A DNA stretch of 64,000 bases from an uncultured Actinomycetota bacterium (GCA_963822135.1 CAWGGI010000004.1:156290-220289), one strand, 5' to 3'. Counted from the stretch's first letter, positions 44,616 to 54,873 are shown. The notes: generated by a model from the letters alone, not told the origin. Made by a program: numbers and translations.

Positions 44616-45289
44616 ATGTCGCCGGACGAAGACTACGATCGCGCGAAGGCCCAAGCGACAGCTGAAGCCTATGACGCACAAGCGGAAGCGACCGAGTACC
44701 TGGGGCCAAGGTCGCTTTCGGCTTGGTCTATGCGCACGTCCTGCCGGGCCAGTCGATCCTTGACATGGGAATAGGCACCGGGTTGGCGTCGGCTCTGTTT
44801 CGCAAAGCGGGGCTCAGGGTCCATGGCATGGACAACTCACGTGAAATGCTTGATGCGTGCCGCCGGAAGGGATTCGACAACCTTACAGAACACGACCTTG
44901 CCGAACCGCCGTACCCGTATGCTTCGGGGAGCTTTGATCACGTCGTCTGCGTCGGCGTGCTTCCTTTCCTCTCTGATCTCTCCCCCGTGTTTGCCCAGAC
45001 GGCGCGCATACTCAGGGAACGAAGGAGTTCGTGTTCCTGGCCCTAGACCGAACCGAGCGTGAGGACTTCGAACTGGTGCTTGGGCCCGGAATACTCGAAG
45101 ACCGACGAATCCGTGACCATGTACCGCCACCATGGCCGACAAATCGGCCGATGGATGGATAGGTTTGGGTTCGTACTCGTGAGATGTCTTCCGTTTCCTG
45201 TCTACATGGATGCGGAGAAGGCGGAGAGCATGCAAGCGTGCTGCTACATGGCGCGGAAGGCCACACCGTCTGACAGCAAAGCATCCTGA
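44616..45289 (+). CDS. Class I SAM-dependent methyltransferase (frameshifted)
   Basis: ILDMGIGTGL, GMDNSREML, FDHVVCVGV; pieces in three frames. Confidence 0.8.
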
Positions 45290-45308
45290 GCCAGAACGCG
45301 CTCCCTTT

Positions 45309-45495
45309 CCGTTGTGCCATGCAAACGGTACCGGGAGTTCGAATCCCCCTCTCCGCTTAGGAAAGCCAAGAAACGTGTGTAGAGACCGGGTCCCCGTGGC
45401 CCGGTTTCCGCGTCTTTCAGGCGAGTTCGGGGGCAAGTCGGGGGCAAACACAACGGCGCTCACGGGCGCCAGACGGACGAGAACACATCGGACAG
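45309..45495 (+). repeat. att-like array repeat, copy 4 (most complete)
   Basis: CCGTTGTGCCATGCAAACGGTACCGGGAGTTCGAATCCCCCTCTCCG + CTTAGGAAAGCCAAGAA...GCGTCTTTCAGGCGAGTTCGGGGGCAAGTCGGGGGCAAA...AGACGGACGAGA. Confidence 0.9.
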
Positions 45496-45518
45496 CCGAA
45501 CGAACGGCGCGATCAAGC

Positions 45519-45986
45519 CTAGACGGCCGTGGTCTCCTTCATTGGCTCCGCCTCGATAATGCGCTTCAGGTTGTGCATGCCACGCTCATAGATTTGGTCC
45601 CACTTGCGCCGCAACAGGAGAGCGTCCGCTAGAGGACCGACCACGGGTGGCTCCGGATCGTATTCAAGCGCGAAGGTAACCCGGGTCGACTCACCTACCG
45701 GCTCAAAGCGCCAGTACTTCCGCGCCACTATTCCCATGAGCGGCGCCGTGAAGGTCCACCCGTTGCGCTCGTCGTACTCGATCGTCTCCCACTCGCTGGT
45801 CATCTTGCGGCCCAGATAGGTGAGGTGCACCAAGTATCTTGCTCCCTTGCCCTCGGTGTTCTCGGTGAGAGGCTTCACTTCTTGGATGTAGTCAAGGTAC
45901 CGCGGGATAGTGCGCCAATCGCGGGTGAAACGAAGAACGTCCTCTGGCGGCCTTGCAACGACTATCTGCTTCTCGATTCTCGTCAT
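45519..45986 (-). CDS. SRPBCC (polyketide cyclase/START) family protein
   Basis: IEKQIVVARPPEDV..F..DW..IP.Y, W.FEPVG..TRVT, NLKRIIEA. Confidence 0.85.
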   Translation of the reverse strand: MTRIEKQIVVARPPEDVLRFTRDWRTIPRYLDYIQEVKPLTENTEGKGARYLVHLTYLGRKMTSEWETIEYDERNGWTFTAPLMGIVARKYWRFEPVGESTRVTFALEYDPEPPVVGPLADALLLRRKWDQIYERGMHNLKRIIEAEPMKETTAV

Positions 45987-46219
45987 GGCCCGGCCTCCCC
46001 ATACAGATGCACGAGACTCTTCTACTCATACTACGTCAAGGGGGATCGCCGTCAACCCGAGCGCAACTCCTTGCGGCAAACGGTACCTGCCATCCCAGCG
46101 ACAAGGCCACTGGATCACGAGCGCTGCCTGGATGCCCCAGAGCCTCTGCACCGCTGCATACTCTCCATCGAAACGGGGAAGATGGCAGCCATCCTGCGCA
46201 CTACCATCGGAGGCGGCAG

Positions 46220-46594
46220 ATGGCTAACGTTGTGGTCTGGGCTGACATCCCCGTGCTCGATCTGGAGCGCGCTCGCGCGTTCTATGCACATCTTCTGGGC
46301 ACCCCCGTGGAGTACATGCCGGGCACCGAAGGGGTGGCCCTCCTCATGCCGCCTGGGACAGGTGACCCCATGGACGTGAGTGCGGATCTGGCCCTGGGCC
46401 AGTCGATCCCGAGCACCACTCACGGCACGACGATCTATCTTGATTCGAAGGGAGACATCGACGGAATGCTGGCCAGAGCGGTGGAGGCTGGCGGGAGTGT
46501 CCTGGCCGAGAAGGCATTTGTGGACAAGGTAGGCTGGCTGGCCCATGTGAAGGACACCGAGGGCAACCGAATAGGCATCCATCAGCCCGGTTAG
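46220..46594 (+). CDS. VOC/glyoxalase family protein
   Basis: VVWADIPVLDLERARAFY, AVEAGG.VL, DTEGNRIGIH. Confidence 0.9.
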   Translation: MANVVVWADIPVLDLERARAFYAHLLGTPVEYMPGTEGVALLMPPGTGDPMDVSADLALGQSIPSTTHGTTIYLDSKGDIDGMLARAVEAGGSVLAEKAFVDKVGWLAHVKDTEGNRIGIHQPG

Positions 46595-46595
46595 C

Positions 46596-46693
46596 CCGCG
46601 GACCGGGCTCTCGAGTCTTGCGCACGAGTTCGGTGGCAATTCGGAACCCCGTGCAGTTCGAGCGCTGGAGCGCTTAGGAAAGCCAAGAAACGG
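46596..46693 (+). repeat. att-like array repeat, degenerate pieces (copy 5)
   Basis: GGACCGGGCTCTCGAGTCTTGCGCACGAGTTCGGTGGCAATTCGG, then CGCTTAGGAAAGCCAAGAAACG. Confidence 0.65.
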
Positions 46694-46758
46694 CTCCTGG
46701 TCACTGAAGTCGTCTGAGAGGAACCTGTGGAGGGCTGGCAAAGCGTCACGGAGGGACG

Positions 46759-47556
46759 ATGAGCGCCATGCGCGACATACTCGATCTTGAACGCTATCCG
46801 CTGGACAAGCCGGGTACCGCCTCTTGGGATGACCTGGTGGCGCGTTGCCGGACCGACCTTGCCCGTGAAGGTATGTACAACCTCGATGGCTTCGTGAGAC
46901 CGGCAGCTCTGGCGAAGGCGCTCGAGCAAATCCGCCCCGTTTTCGACGCGCTTTCGTTCACCCAGAGGCGCCGTCACAACATCTACTTCGCAAAAGACAT
47001 CCCCGGTCTGCCGGCGGACCATCTGGCCCTCAGGACCGCCGAGACTGTCAACCACACCGTCTGTGCCGACCAGATCACCCAGTCGGTTCCGCTGTGGATC
47101 TATGAGTGGTCTCCTTTCATCACGTTCATCGCAGCGACGATGGAGAAGGAGTCGCTCTATCCCATGCGCGACGATCTGGCACGTGTGAACCTCATGCTCT
47201 ACCGCGACGGGGAGACTCTGGGCTGGCATTTCGACCGAAGCGAGTTCACCACCACCCTGCTACTGCAGGCGCCGGAAGAGGGCGGCGACTTCGTCTACCG
47301 GACCGATCTCAGGACCGACGACGATCCGAACTACGACGGTGTCGCCCGGCTGCTCGCCGGCGGCGACCCCGAGGTGAAGACCCTCAAGCTCAGGGCAGGC
47401 ACCCTGAACGTGTTTCGGGGCAAGAACACTGCTCACATGGTCAGCACGGTGCATGGGACCCGCGAGCGCATCATCGCTGTGTTCTCTTACTTCGACCGTC
47501 CCGGCGTCGTCTTTTCGAAGGAAGAGCAGACCGGCTTCTACGGACGCGCCCGTTAG
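46759..47556 (+). CDS. 2OG-Fe(II) oxygenase (HalD/BesD-like fold, HxD triad)
   Basis: LGWHFD.SEFTTTLLLQAPE.GG, G.L.VFRG..T.H.V, R. Confidence 0.8.
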   Translation: MSAMRDILDLERYPLDKPGTASWDDLVARCRTDLAREGMYNLDGFVRPAALAKALEQIRPVFDALSFTQRRRHNIYFAKDIPGLPADHLALRTAETVNHTVCADQITQSVPLWIYEWSPFITFIAATMEKESLYPMRDDLARVNLMLYRDGETLGWHFDRSEFTTTLLLQAPEEGGDFVYRTDLRTDDDPNYDGVARLLAGGDPEVKTLKLRAGTLNVFRGKNTAHMVSTVHGTRERIIAVFSYFDRPGVVFSKEEQTGFYGRAR

Positions 47557-47667
47557 CTTAGGCAGAAGCGGTGAAGGCCTGTCGCGCTTGGGCAGCAGTC
47601 TCGCCCCTCCCTCGGGTTGCGCCGGGACCTCCGTCTGGCAAAGGATGCCAAGGTCCCTTGGCCCACC

Positions 47668-48216
47668 TCACCCCCGCATTACCTTGCCGATCGTATTCCA
47701 GTTGCGCGTGGTGACGCCGCGGCCGAACTCCCTTTCGAGAAGGGTCATTAGATCGGTCGTCCCCCACGCCGGCGAGAGGGTCAGGACGCTACACACTTCC
47801 CCTGGGGAGACCCGGATGATCCTCAGGTCATTCTCGGGCGCGTCGTGGGTGAGATCTGGCTGGCACGTGGTCGGGTCGGAGAGAAAGGTGACATAGAGTC
47901 TCGTGGTCGGGGTGATAGCGACACCCTCGAACGGGTCGGAGTCCACCAGGCGCTGAAGATCCGCCACGGTACGCAAGGCCACAGTGATCGGGTAACCGGA
48001 AACCTTCTGGAGACGTTCCTCGATGTGGGCGGCGAGTTCAAGGACGTTATCGGGCAGGCCCACGCCGGGCGGCACGTCGAAGAGCACATTACCGCTGGCC
48101 AAGATCGTCTTGACGTTCTGAAAGCCCATCGCCACGAACATCGTCCGCAGTTCCGCCATCTTGACCGGTTTGTGACCGCCTACGTTGATGCCGCGCAGGA
48201 AGGCAACGTACCTCAC
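47668..48216 (-). CDS. DUF1697 family protein
   Basis: YVAFLRGINVGG...VKMAELR, V.T.LASGNVLF, TTRNWNT. Confidence 0.92.
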   Translation of the reverse strand: MRYVAFLRGINVGGHKPVKMAELRTMFVAMGFQNVKTILASGNVLFDVPPGVGLPDNVLELAAHIEERLQKVSGYPITVALRTVADLQRLVDSDPFEGVAITPTTRLYVTFLSDPTTCQPDLTHDAPENDLRIIRVSPGEVCSVLTLSPAWGTTDLMTLLEREFGRGVTTRNWNTIGKVMRG

Positions 48217-48225
48217 GGGCCCACT

Positions 48226-48834
48226 CTAACCGGCCCGGTCGTCGCCGACCGCTCCCTTTATCAGCTGCTCGACTCCCGCGAAGACCTCCGGGGGCATGAG
48301 CCTCTGCCACACGCCCGTTAGGTTCTGACGGTCATTTGAGTCCAACAGCGGAAAGAGCCAACCGATCGCTTCCGGGAACCGCTCCGGCGGGACCGAACCG
48401 GCCATGATTCCGATCGCCTTGTACTGGTCCGGCTCTGAAACTCGCTCCCGTATCAAGCGGTATAGGTGGGAGTCCTCTTTGGCTAGATGCAGATCCAGGT
48501 GGAACTTGAACGCCGCCGTAGCCCGAGCGGTCTTGAGAGGGTCACCCGCCGATACCGCCCCGCTTAGGACCTCATACGCGGCGTCAAGCGCGCGATGGTC
48601 CTTCTCGTAGGCCTCCGCCACCGCCGGGGCCACCTCTTCCAGCGCGGGGAATATGGCCCGTTCTTCCCCGGTGGCATGCCACACCAAGGCTTCGTTAAAG
48701 AAGCGAAAGCGCTCAAGGCCCGGCCCGGGCTCTTTCTCCCCGCGCGCCCAGACAAGGGCCGCGGCGTCGATGGTGGCGATGTCTCGACGAAACGCGTTGT
48801 GGAAAGCCAAGATGGCGTCGATGGGTCCGGCCAT
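48226..48834 (-). CDS. Hemerythrin-domain protein
   Basis: HNAFRRD, H..GEE..IFP, DH, HL.KED. Confidence 0.8.
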   Translation of the reverse strand: MAGPIDAILAFHNAFRRDIATIDAAALVWARGEKEPGPGLERFRFFNEALVWHATGEERAIFPALEEVAPAVAEAYEKDHRALDAAYEVLSGAVSAGDPLKTARATAAFKFHLDLHLAKEDSHLYRLIRERVSEPDQYKAIGIMAGSVPPERFPEAIGWLFPLLDSNDRQNLTGVWQRLMPPEVFAGVEQLIKGAVGDDRAG

Positions 48835-48960
48835 GATCGCTGCACTCCTCTCCGGATGCGGTGACGCCTCAGGGCGCCGTGTCGTATGGCCGCTTATACC
48901 CAGGAACCGCGCCCCGCACGCCATCGGACTGTTGCGCTCTTCAACGAGGTCACAGGGGCC

Positions 48961-49494
48961 CTATTTCAGAGGGAACAAGCGCTCGGACCTCGCCTCTCCA
49001 CATCTGATGCATTCGACGTCATACCAACTCATAGGCAGACCGCACCGGGAGCAACGCCAACGTTCTTCCTCGTATTTGAGCCATTCCTCAAGGCCCATAT
49101 CACGGATCTTGGCAAGGTTTCTCATATATTCAGCACGGTGAAGCAATCCCGTATCGATCATGGCCGACACACGATGGCAGGGCAACTCTTGGCAGTCAGC
49201 GCAGTTGCCGCTATTCAGTTGTTCTTCCGCGCAATTCCTTATGGAGCAGTTCTGACAATGAGTAGGAATCTCTCCGCCACTGAGACAACCATCGCAGAGC
49301 AGACCTTCCATCCAGTTAGGGTCAGGAATCGCTTCGTTTTCGCTAGCTTGTCCTGAAGAACTTAGCTGTTGCCGTCTCAATCTCGCTGCATCGTCTTCGC
49401 AATGCTTGGCAAGATATGCTGGGCACGCGCCGCAATACGTGCCGCACGAGGCCGCTAGATACGATCTGTCTTGTCCGTGTTGCTCTGGGACCAT
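48961..49494 (-). CDS. DUF3795 Cys-rich (Zn/Fe-S) protein
   Basis: CGTYCGACPAY, CDGC, C..CSIR.C, CADC.E.PC, C-terminal zinc ribbon. Confidence 0.85.
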   Translation of the reverse strand: MVPEQHGQDRSYLAASCGTYCGACPAYLAKHCEDDAARLRRQQLSSSGQASENEAIPDPNWMEGLLCDGCLSGGEIPTHCQNCSIRNCAEEQLNSGNCADCQELPCHRVSAMIDTGLLHRAEYMRNLAKIRDMGLEEWLKYEEERWRCSRCGLPMSWYDVECIRCGEARSERLFPLK

Positions 49495-49520
49495 GCTCCC
49501 ACCATTATCAGGTTCGCTAG

Positions 49521-51776
49521 TCAAGGGACAAGCTCCGGGCCCGTTCTTTGTATCTTCAGGGCGAGGTCGAGTTCGGTCCTCGTCCCGGTGCGCGACAGGT
49601 CGACTCCCAGTATCCTCTCCACCCGGTCGAGTCGATGACGCAGTGTGTTCTCGTGCACGCCAAGATACGCGGCAGCCGTCTTCAGCACTCCGCCGCTTGC
49701 CAGGAAGGCCGCAAGGGTGGTGACCAAGCTGTCGTTGTGCTGCCGGTCGTGATCGATGAGCGGCCCCAGAGCGTCGTCGCGGAAGGCCCTGAGCACCTCG
49801 CCGTCCTGGACGCTGGACAGAAGGCGATATACACCGAGATCGCGGAAGGTGAACTCGCTCCTTCTGGGCGTCACGCGCGAACCGAGTTCGATACTGAGCT
49901 CGGCCTCCCTCCACACTCGCGGATAGTCGGAAACAGCGGTGCAGACGGAACCGACACCCAGCAGCAACCGCAGACCCAGTTCCTTTTCAAGTTCGACACG
50001 AGTGAGCACGAGAGACGGCGGCGAGTATCGACCTCTCTCCTCGGCCGCGGGAAGCAGCAGGACCACGCCCTTGCCCCGCGGAAACACTCCACCGCCGGGA
50101 AGCACCCGAGAGAGACAACGTTCCATTCGCTCGATCACGGGGCCTAAAGGAACCTCCTCCGCCGGTACGATGCTCACCACCCAGTGAGGCCTGGTGAGAT
50201 CCCGCCCAAACCGGTACCCACGCTCGACGAGGCTCGCCGCATCGGCGCTCGCCGTGAGCAGATCGGTGATGAACTCCCCCTGCAGACGTCGCTCGACCTC
50301 GACCACGGCGCGTTGCTTCAACATCTCCAAGGCGAACATGCCCAACGCGTATTCGATGGTGGTGACATCCGAACGGGACAGGGCACTCCCACCGGGACCG
50401 ATGACGAGGTGGCCGAGGCGCTGATCGCCCCCGGTTATGGCGGCGATAATCGCGCCTTCCGCCCCAGCTCTAAGGCCGGTCCGCCAGTCGGGATCGTCGC
50501 GGGAGCCCAGCTCCTGAGCCTGCTTCTCGGTCGCAGCAAGGACCTCGGTCTCCGCGGCGGTAGCCGCTGCTCGGTAGATCAGCGAACCGAACTGGTCGAG
50601 CACGCTCAGGGGACGTCGGATGAGCCGGTGCAATCGCTCGCCGACCCCGGGGATGCCGGCGCCGGCCAGCGCGCTCTGATTGAGCTTCAGATGTATGTCG
50701 AGTATGCGCTGTAGGTCGTCGTGCTGCTCTTTGGTGATCGCGTGCAGTCTTTCCACTTCGGCCGTCCGCTGGGTCTCCTGCTCCATCAGCCGAGCGTTGT
50801 CGAGCGTCGCGCCTATGTGGCTGGAGAGGATCTCGAGAACCTCGACGTCCTCCTCGTTGAAGTCCCGGTCGAACCGGTTGGCCACTATGACAACCCCGAT
50901 GCGCTTGCCCGCGCGAGCCAGAGGCACGCAGATCATCTTGGACAGACCGAAGAGCGACACGATCTCCTGGCGACAGCAAGGGTCCGAGAAGCAGTCGTTG
51001 CCCAGATACGGCTTGCCCGTCGAGAAGACTCCCCATGCCGCTCCGCCGGTATCCACCGTGACCTGATACCTGTCAACCATCTCGCCTTCGAAGAACCCGA
51101 ATGCGGGTGCTTGGAGACGCAGCTTCAGCGTGGCCGGGTCGTACAGGAGGACCCCCGCCTTGGTGGCGCCAAGGAGGGTGGGCAGCTTCGTGATGATCCT
51201 TGCGACCACGTTCTCGAAGGCGATTTCCAGCCCGATGTCGTCCTCCAGCTGGGTGATGGCGGACAGGCCCTCGCTGCGCCTCGACAACTCGTCGAACTGC
51301 AGCGCGTTGCTCACGGCGATCGTGGCGTACCGCAGGACCGGGGCCGGCAGGGGCGGCCGCCGGTCGCCGCGGTTCACGATCACTGCCAGCGCACCCAGCA
51401 CTGTGCCGTGCGACCGAAGGACATACGCGTCGACCCGCTCAGCGGCCGCCTCGACGGCCGGAGAATCCACTGTCAGGTCGTACCATCCGGTCTGATCGGC
51501 CAGCAGCGGCCTGCTGCCCAAGGCCTCGGCGATGGCCTCTGCCGCGCCAGGTTCGACGCCCGACTGAGCGACCGGCCGGAACCCGGGCTGTGCAGTTCCA
51601 ACCAGCAGCAGGCATGCCGCCCGAGCCTCTCCCGCGCCGACAACAGTCTCGGGGATGAGGGGCAGGAGATCGTCGGGGGACAGAGCCTCGAGCCAGCGCA
51701 GCGATCGATCAACCAGCGCCGCGTTCGCCACGCCGGCGTTCTCGACTTCCATGGGCTCGGAAGGAGTCACGGTCAC
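49521..51776 (-). CDS. GAF-domain PucR/CdaR family transcriptional regulator
   Basis: GAF domain, LGVGS, LGVYRLL, LGPL..HD, TAA.LGVHENTLRHRL. Confidence 0.9.
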   Translation of the reverse strand: MTVTPSEPMEVENAGVANAALVDRSLRWLEALSPDDLLPLIPETVVGAGEARAACLLLVGTAQPGFRPVAQSGVEPGAAEAIAEALGSRPLLADQTGWYDLTVDSPAVEAAAERVDAYVLRSHGTVLGALAVIVNRGDRRPPLPAPVLRYATIAVSNALQFDELSRRSEGLSAITQLEDDIGLEIAFENVVARIITKLPTLLGATKAGVLLYDPATLKLRLQAPAFGFFEGEMVDRYQVTVDTGGAAWGVFSTGKPYLGNDCFSDPCCRQEIVSLFGLSKMICVPLARAGKRIGVVIVANRFDRDFNEEDVEVLEILSSHIGATLDNARLMEQETQRTAEVERLHAITKEQHDDLQRILDIHLKLNQSALAGAGIPGVGERLHRLIRRPLSVLDQFGSLIYRAAATAAETEVLAATEKQAQELGSRDDPDWRTGLRAGAEGAIIAAITGGDQRLGHLVIGPGGSALSRSDVTTIEYALGMFALEMLKQRAVVEVERRLQGEFITDLLTASADAASLVERGYRFGRDLTRPHWVVSIVPAEEVPLGPVIERMERCLSRVLPGGGVFPRGKGVVLLLPAAEERGRYSPPSLVLTRVELEKELGLRLLLGVGSVCTAVSDYPRVWREAELSIELGSRVTPRRSEFTFRDLGVYRLLSSVQDGEVLRAFRDDALGPLIDHDRQHNDSLVTTLAAFLASGGVLKTAAAYLGVHENTLRHRLDRVERILGVDLSRTGTRTELDLALKIQRTGPELVP

Positions 51777-51984
51777 TCCAGGCTCGACGAGACGATTCTA
51801 CCACCAGGTCCCTGTACTCGAACCACAACCATGAGCCCTCGTATTGTGGCTGAACTACACTGAGGCCCCGCCGATGGAGGGCGCCTACACAAAATGCGGC
51901 TGGAGCTGTCGACAAGCGACATCCCCAACTGCGGGCCCGTCTGCCAGGCTATTCGCAGAACCACGAAACGAAACGGGAGGAACG

Positions 51985-52476
51985 ATGAACACCGACCGCA
52001 CGCTCAAACAGCAGGTACTCGAGGTGCTCGAACGGGATCAGAGTCTGCCCGCGGAGGCCATAGCGGTGTCCGTGCATGACGAGGTGGTGAGCCTCTACGG
52101 CCGCACCGAGACCGCTGAGTACGCTGCGCGCGCCGAGAGCCTGACGAAACTGGTGCCGGGGGTACGTGCGCTGACGAACGAGATCGAGGTCGAGGCTGGG
52201 CGGGACCCGGCTGAGTTTGGCGACTACGACCTGGCACGGGCGATCAGGAACGACTTCAAGCAGAAACCGTATCTTGGCTTCGATCGGATCTTCGTGAAAG
52301 TGAAAGACCGAGGCGTGACTCTCGAAGGCGAGGTCAACTGGGGTTATCAGATCAGGTTGGCTGAGCAGTACGTCCAGCGCATAGGCGGAGCCGCGGAGAT
52401 CGTGAACCTTCTCCGGGCGACAAGCGAACTCAGCCGCGAGACGGTCGCCGGGTCGGTCGGGCGCATGGCGGTGTGA
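51985..52476 (+). CDS. BON domain protein (two BON domains)
   Basis: D..LKQ.V...L...I.VSV.D.VV.L.G...VPGVR...NEI, repeated. Confidence 0.85.
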   Translation: MNTDRTLKQQVLEVLERDQSLPAEAIAVSVHDEVVSLYGRTETAEYAARAESLTKLVPGVRALTNEIEVEAGRDPAEFGDYDLARAIRNDFKQKPYLGFDRIFVKVKDRGVTLEGEVNWGYQIRLAEQYVQRIGGAAEIVNLLRATSELSRETVAGSVGRMAV

Positions 52477-52526
52477 GAGAACGGTTGGCTCGGGCACTCC
52501 GCGGGCGGGGCGGGAAGCAGCCTGAC

Positions 52527-53489
52527 TCAGGGTGTCGCGTCGGCCGGCGGCGCTTCGCCCGCGGGGACGTACCGGACGAGCGCGGCGTACTCATATGGCT
52601 GGATGACCTTTCCCCTCCGCTCATAGATCGTCCTGTTCAACCTCATCCCGAGCAGCGAGATTATGGCCATGTAATCCACCCATACGATGAGAGCTATCAG
52701 GGCCCCCACCGAACCGGCGTATTTCTGACTGGTCGACCACGACAAATAGGTGCCGAAGAGCCAGGTGCCGAGAGCGCAGAGCACGGCCGTGAACAGAGCG
52801 CCGAGCCAGCAATCCCGCCACGAGATGCGGATGTCGGGAAGGACCTTGAAGACGATGACCAGGGCTCCCCAGGCCAGCAGGAAGGGGATGATGGTCTCAG
52901 CCAGGTCGAGCAGCGGTCCCGAGATTCCGGTGATGCCCTCCAGCCACGAGATGCTCGCGTTCAAGACCAGCGAGACCAGAAGAATGACCGTTGGGACCAG
53001 GACCAAGACGAAAGCGAAGAGCCGTGACAGCACTCTGCGAAACGAGAACCGTCTCGGTCGTACCTGTATGTCCCACATGACATTGAAGGAGGCCTGCAGT
53101 CTCAAGAAGAGCTTGGTGGCACCGTAGATGAGCAGAAGGACGCCGATCACGGCGAGCGTCGTACTGGAGCCTTGGCCCTGAAGTTGAAGGACGACACTGC
53201 TGAACAGATCTGCCAGGTAGGGCCCCAGGTATGCCTCCAGAGTCTCAGCCAGTTCCTCCTGAGCTGTGGATTCGCCGATAAGGAGGCCGGATATCTCTAG
53301 TGTGAGCAGCATCAGGGGGGCCAGCGAGAAGAGCCCGTAGTAGGCGATGCCGGCACTGAGCAGAGAGCCGTTGCGGCGGCTGTAGCCTCTGTACCAGGCC
53401 CACACCGGCCCGACGATGGGTATGGCCTCGAGTCCCGTCCTCCCCGGGCTGCCGGTCGCTACAGAGTTCGGGGCCTCGTCGGCGTTCAT
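52527..53489 (-). CDS. YihY/virulence factor BrkB family membrane protein
   Basis: LSAGIAYYGLFSLAPL, LQ.SFN.MW, FKVLPD, GS.GALIALIVWV. Confidence 0.9.
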   Translation of the reverse strand: MNADEAPNSVATGSPGRTGLEAIPIVGPVWAWYRGYSRRNGSLLSAGIAYYGLFSLAPLMLLTLEISGLLIGESTAQEELAETLEAYLGPYLADLFSSVVLQLQGQGSSTTLAVIGVLLLIYGATKLFLRLQASFNVMWDIQVRPRRFSFRRVLSRLFAFVLVLVPTVILLVSLVLNASISWLEGITGISGPLLDLAETIIPFLLAWGALVIVFKVLPDIRISWRDCWLGALFTAVLCALGTWLFGTYLSWSTSQKYAGSVGALIALIVWVDYMAIISLLGMRLNRTIYERRGKVIQPYEYAALVRYVPAGEAPPADATP

Positions 53490-53558
53490 GCCCTTTTCTC
53501 CTTTCCGCGCTCTTCCGGGCGACACGGGGTTCGAATCCCCCTCCAGCGTCTGTTGCGA

Positions 53559-53729
53559 TTACCCTGCCGCCGCCCCCAGGTAGTAGGGCCATATCACGAT
53601 CGAGACAATGATCTTCCACCACACGAGCTCCGCGAACGACCAGGTGAAGAGCCACCCGATAAACCAGATCGAACCGACAAGACCGCCGGCCGCCGGTCCC
53701 GAGCCAGCCGACCCGTTGTTACTTGCCAT
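53559..53729 (-). CDS. Small membrane protein (56 aa; absent from ORF track)
   Basis: GGAGG RBS; MASNNGSAGSGPAAGGLVGSIWFIGWLFTWSFAELVWWKIIVSIVIWPYYLGAAAG*. Confidence 0.7.
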   Translation of the reverse strand: MASNNGSAGSGPAAGGLVGSIWFIGWLFTWSFAELVWWKIIVSIVIWPYYLGAAAG

Positions 53730-53921
53730 CGCGTCCTCCGTTCTCGTGACATTGGCAGTGCGGCGAAACGAGTGATGACCTTCGCTTACTAGGCTTCGAC
53801 CTCGAGGTCGAAGTCCCTACGCTTGCGGTGCCGACCCCGGTGGCCTAGTATCGGTCCGGCGACCGGGCCGGTCCGTGGACGCTCCGTGTTGCTTCCTGTC
53901 GTCTCGGGCCAGGGTAGACGG

Positions 53922-54755
53922 TTGCTGCTAAGCAAAGCGGACATCCAGCAGATCCTCCCCCACCGCGAGCCGTTCGTGCTCGTAGACGGGATCGTCGAAC
54001 TCGACCCTGGACGGTACGGGGTCGGAATCGTGCGAGATGTCGCCCGCTGGGACCTCTTCTCTCGACTCCGCGAGCGGAAGAGTGATTCGAACGAACTGAT
54101 GCTGGTCGACTCTGTGCGACCCAGCATCTCGAGCCCGGGTGTCGTCGGGATCATAGAGAACGTGGCCACCCTTGAACCTCTCTTCGAAGGGCACTTCCCG
54201 GGGCAACCCCTATTCCCAGGCGCGTTGACGCTGGCCGCTATGGCTGAGGTCGCCCATCACTACCTCGTGCAAAAGGAGGTCTTCTGCCGCGGAGCGTTTC
54301 TCAAGCGCGCCGACGGCTGGCGATTCCGACGAGCGATCGTTCCGGGAGACCGGCTGGAGATCCACGCCGAAGAGACCGATCCCACGGCGATGAAAGTGAC
54401 CGCGACTGTCGAAGGAAGGATCGCCGCCGAGGGACGACTCACGTTCGTCCCCGGGGGTCCGGTGGTCGCATCCCCGCTCCCCGGACAAGCCACGCTGCCT
54501 GGAGCACTGGTAGTGGAGGCACTTGCCGAGGTGGGGGCGGTGGCCGTTCTCGGCCCAGGTGGAGGCACGGACAGGCTCGCTCTTCTGGCGGCCATCCAGG
54601 ACTGGGAGTTCTACGCGCCGGTGCTCGCGGGAGTGGAAATCACCCTCAGCGCTTCGCTGGTGGATATGCGACCTTCCTTTGGCAAGGGGCTGTTCGTCGC
54701 TTCGTCCGCCGATGGCCCGATCGCGGAGGGTCACCTCGTGTTCGGCTTCGGCTAG
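53922..54755 (+). CDS. Double hot-dog FabZ-like 3-hydroxyacyl-ACP dehydratase
   Basis: ILPHREPFVLVD, FEGHFPGQPLFPG, second PGALVVEALAE segment. Confidence 0.8.
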   Translation: MLLSKADIQQILPHREPFVLVDGIVELDPGRYGVGIVRDVARWDLFSRLRERKSDSNELMLVDSVRPSISSPGVVGIIENVATLEPLFEGHFPGQPLFPGALTLAAMAEVAHHYLVQKEVFCRGAFLKRADGWRFRRAIVPGDRLEIHAEETDPTAMKVTATVEGRIAAEGRLTFVPGGPVVASPLPGQATLPGALVVEALAEVGAVAVLGPGGGTDRLALLAAIQDWEFYAPVLAGVEITLSASLVDMRPSFGKGLFVASSADGPIAEGHLVFGFG

Positions 54756-54873
54756 GCGGGCCACTTCGGCCTGACGCGCGGCCGATTGCGCCTCCACTGC
54801 ACCTTCCGTATAGTACTGCCCACACGCGGTGAGCCGTCATGGTGACCGCGCTCATCCAAGCACGGGGGGTGCC

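Noticed and set aside
42510-45355. Additional tRNA genes at 42510 and 45309
   Set aside because: Only the variable arm, T-arm and 3' acceptor strand are present; there is no D-arm or anticodon loop.
40114-46693. Array repeats as a CRISPR array
   Set aside because: Units are over 100 bp, spaced by kilobases of coding DNA, and no cas genes are present.
46759-47556. BesD-type radical halogenase
   Set aside because: The metal-binding motif is HFD (Asp retained), typical of hydroxylases; halogenases have HxG/A.
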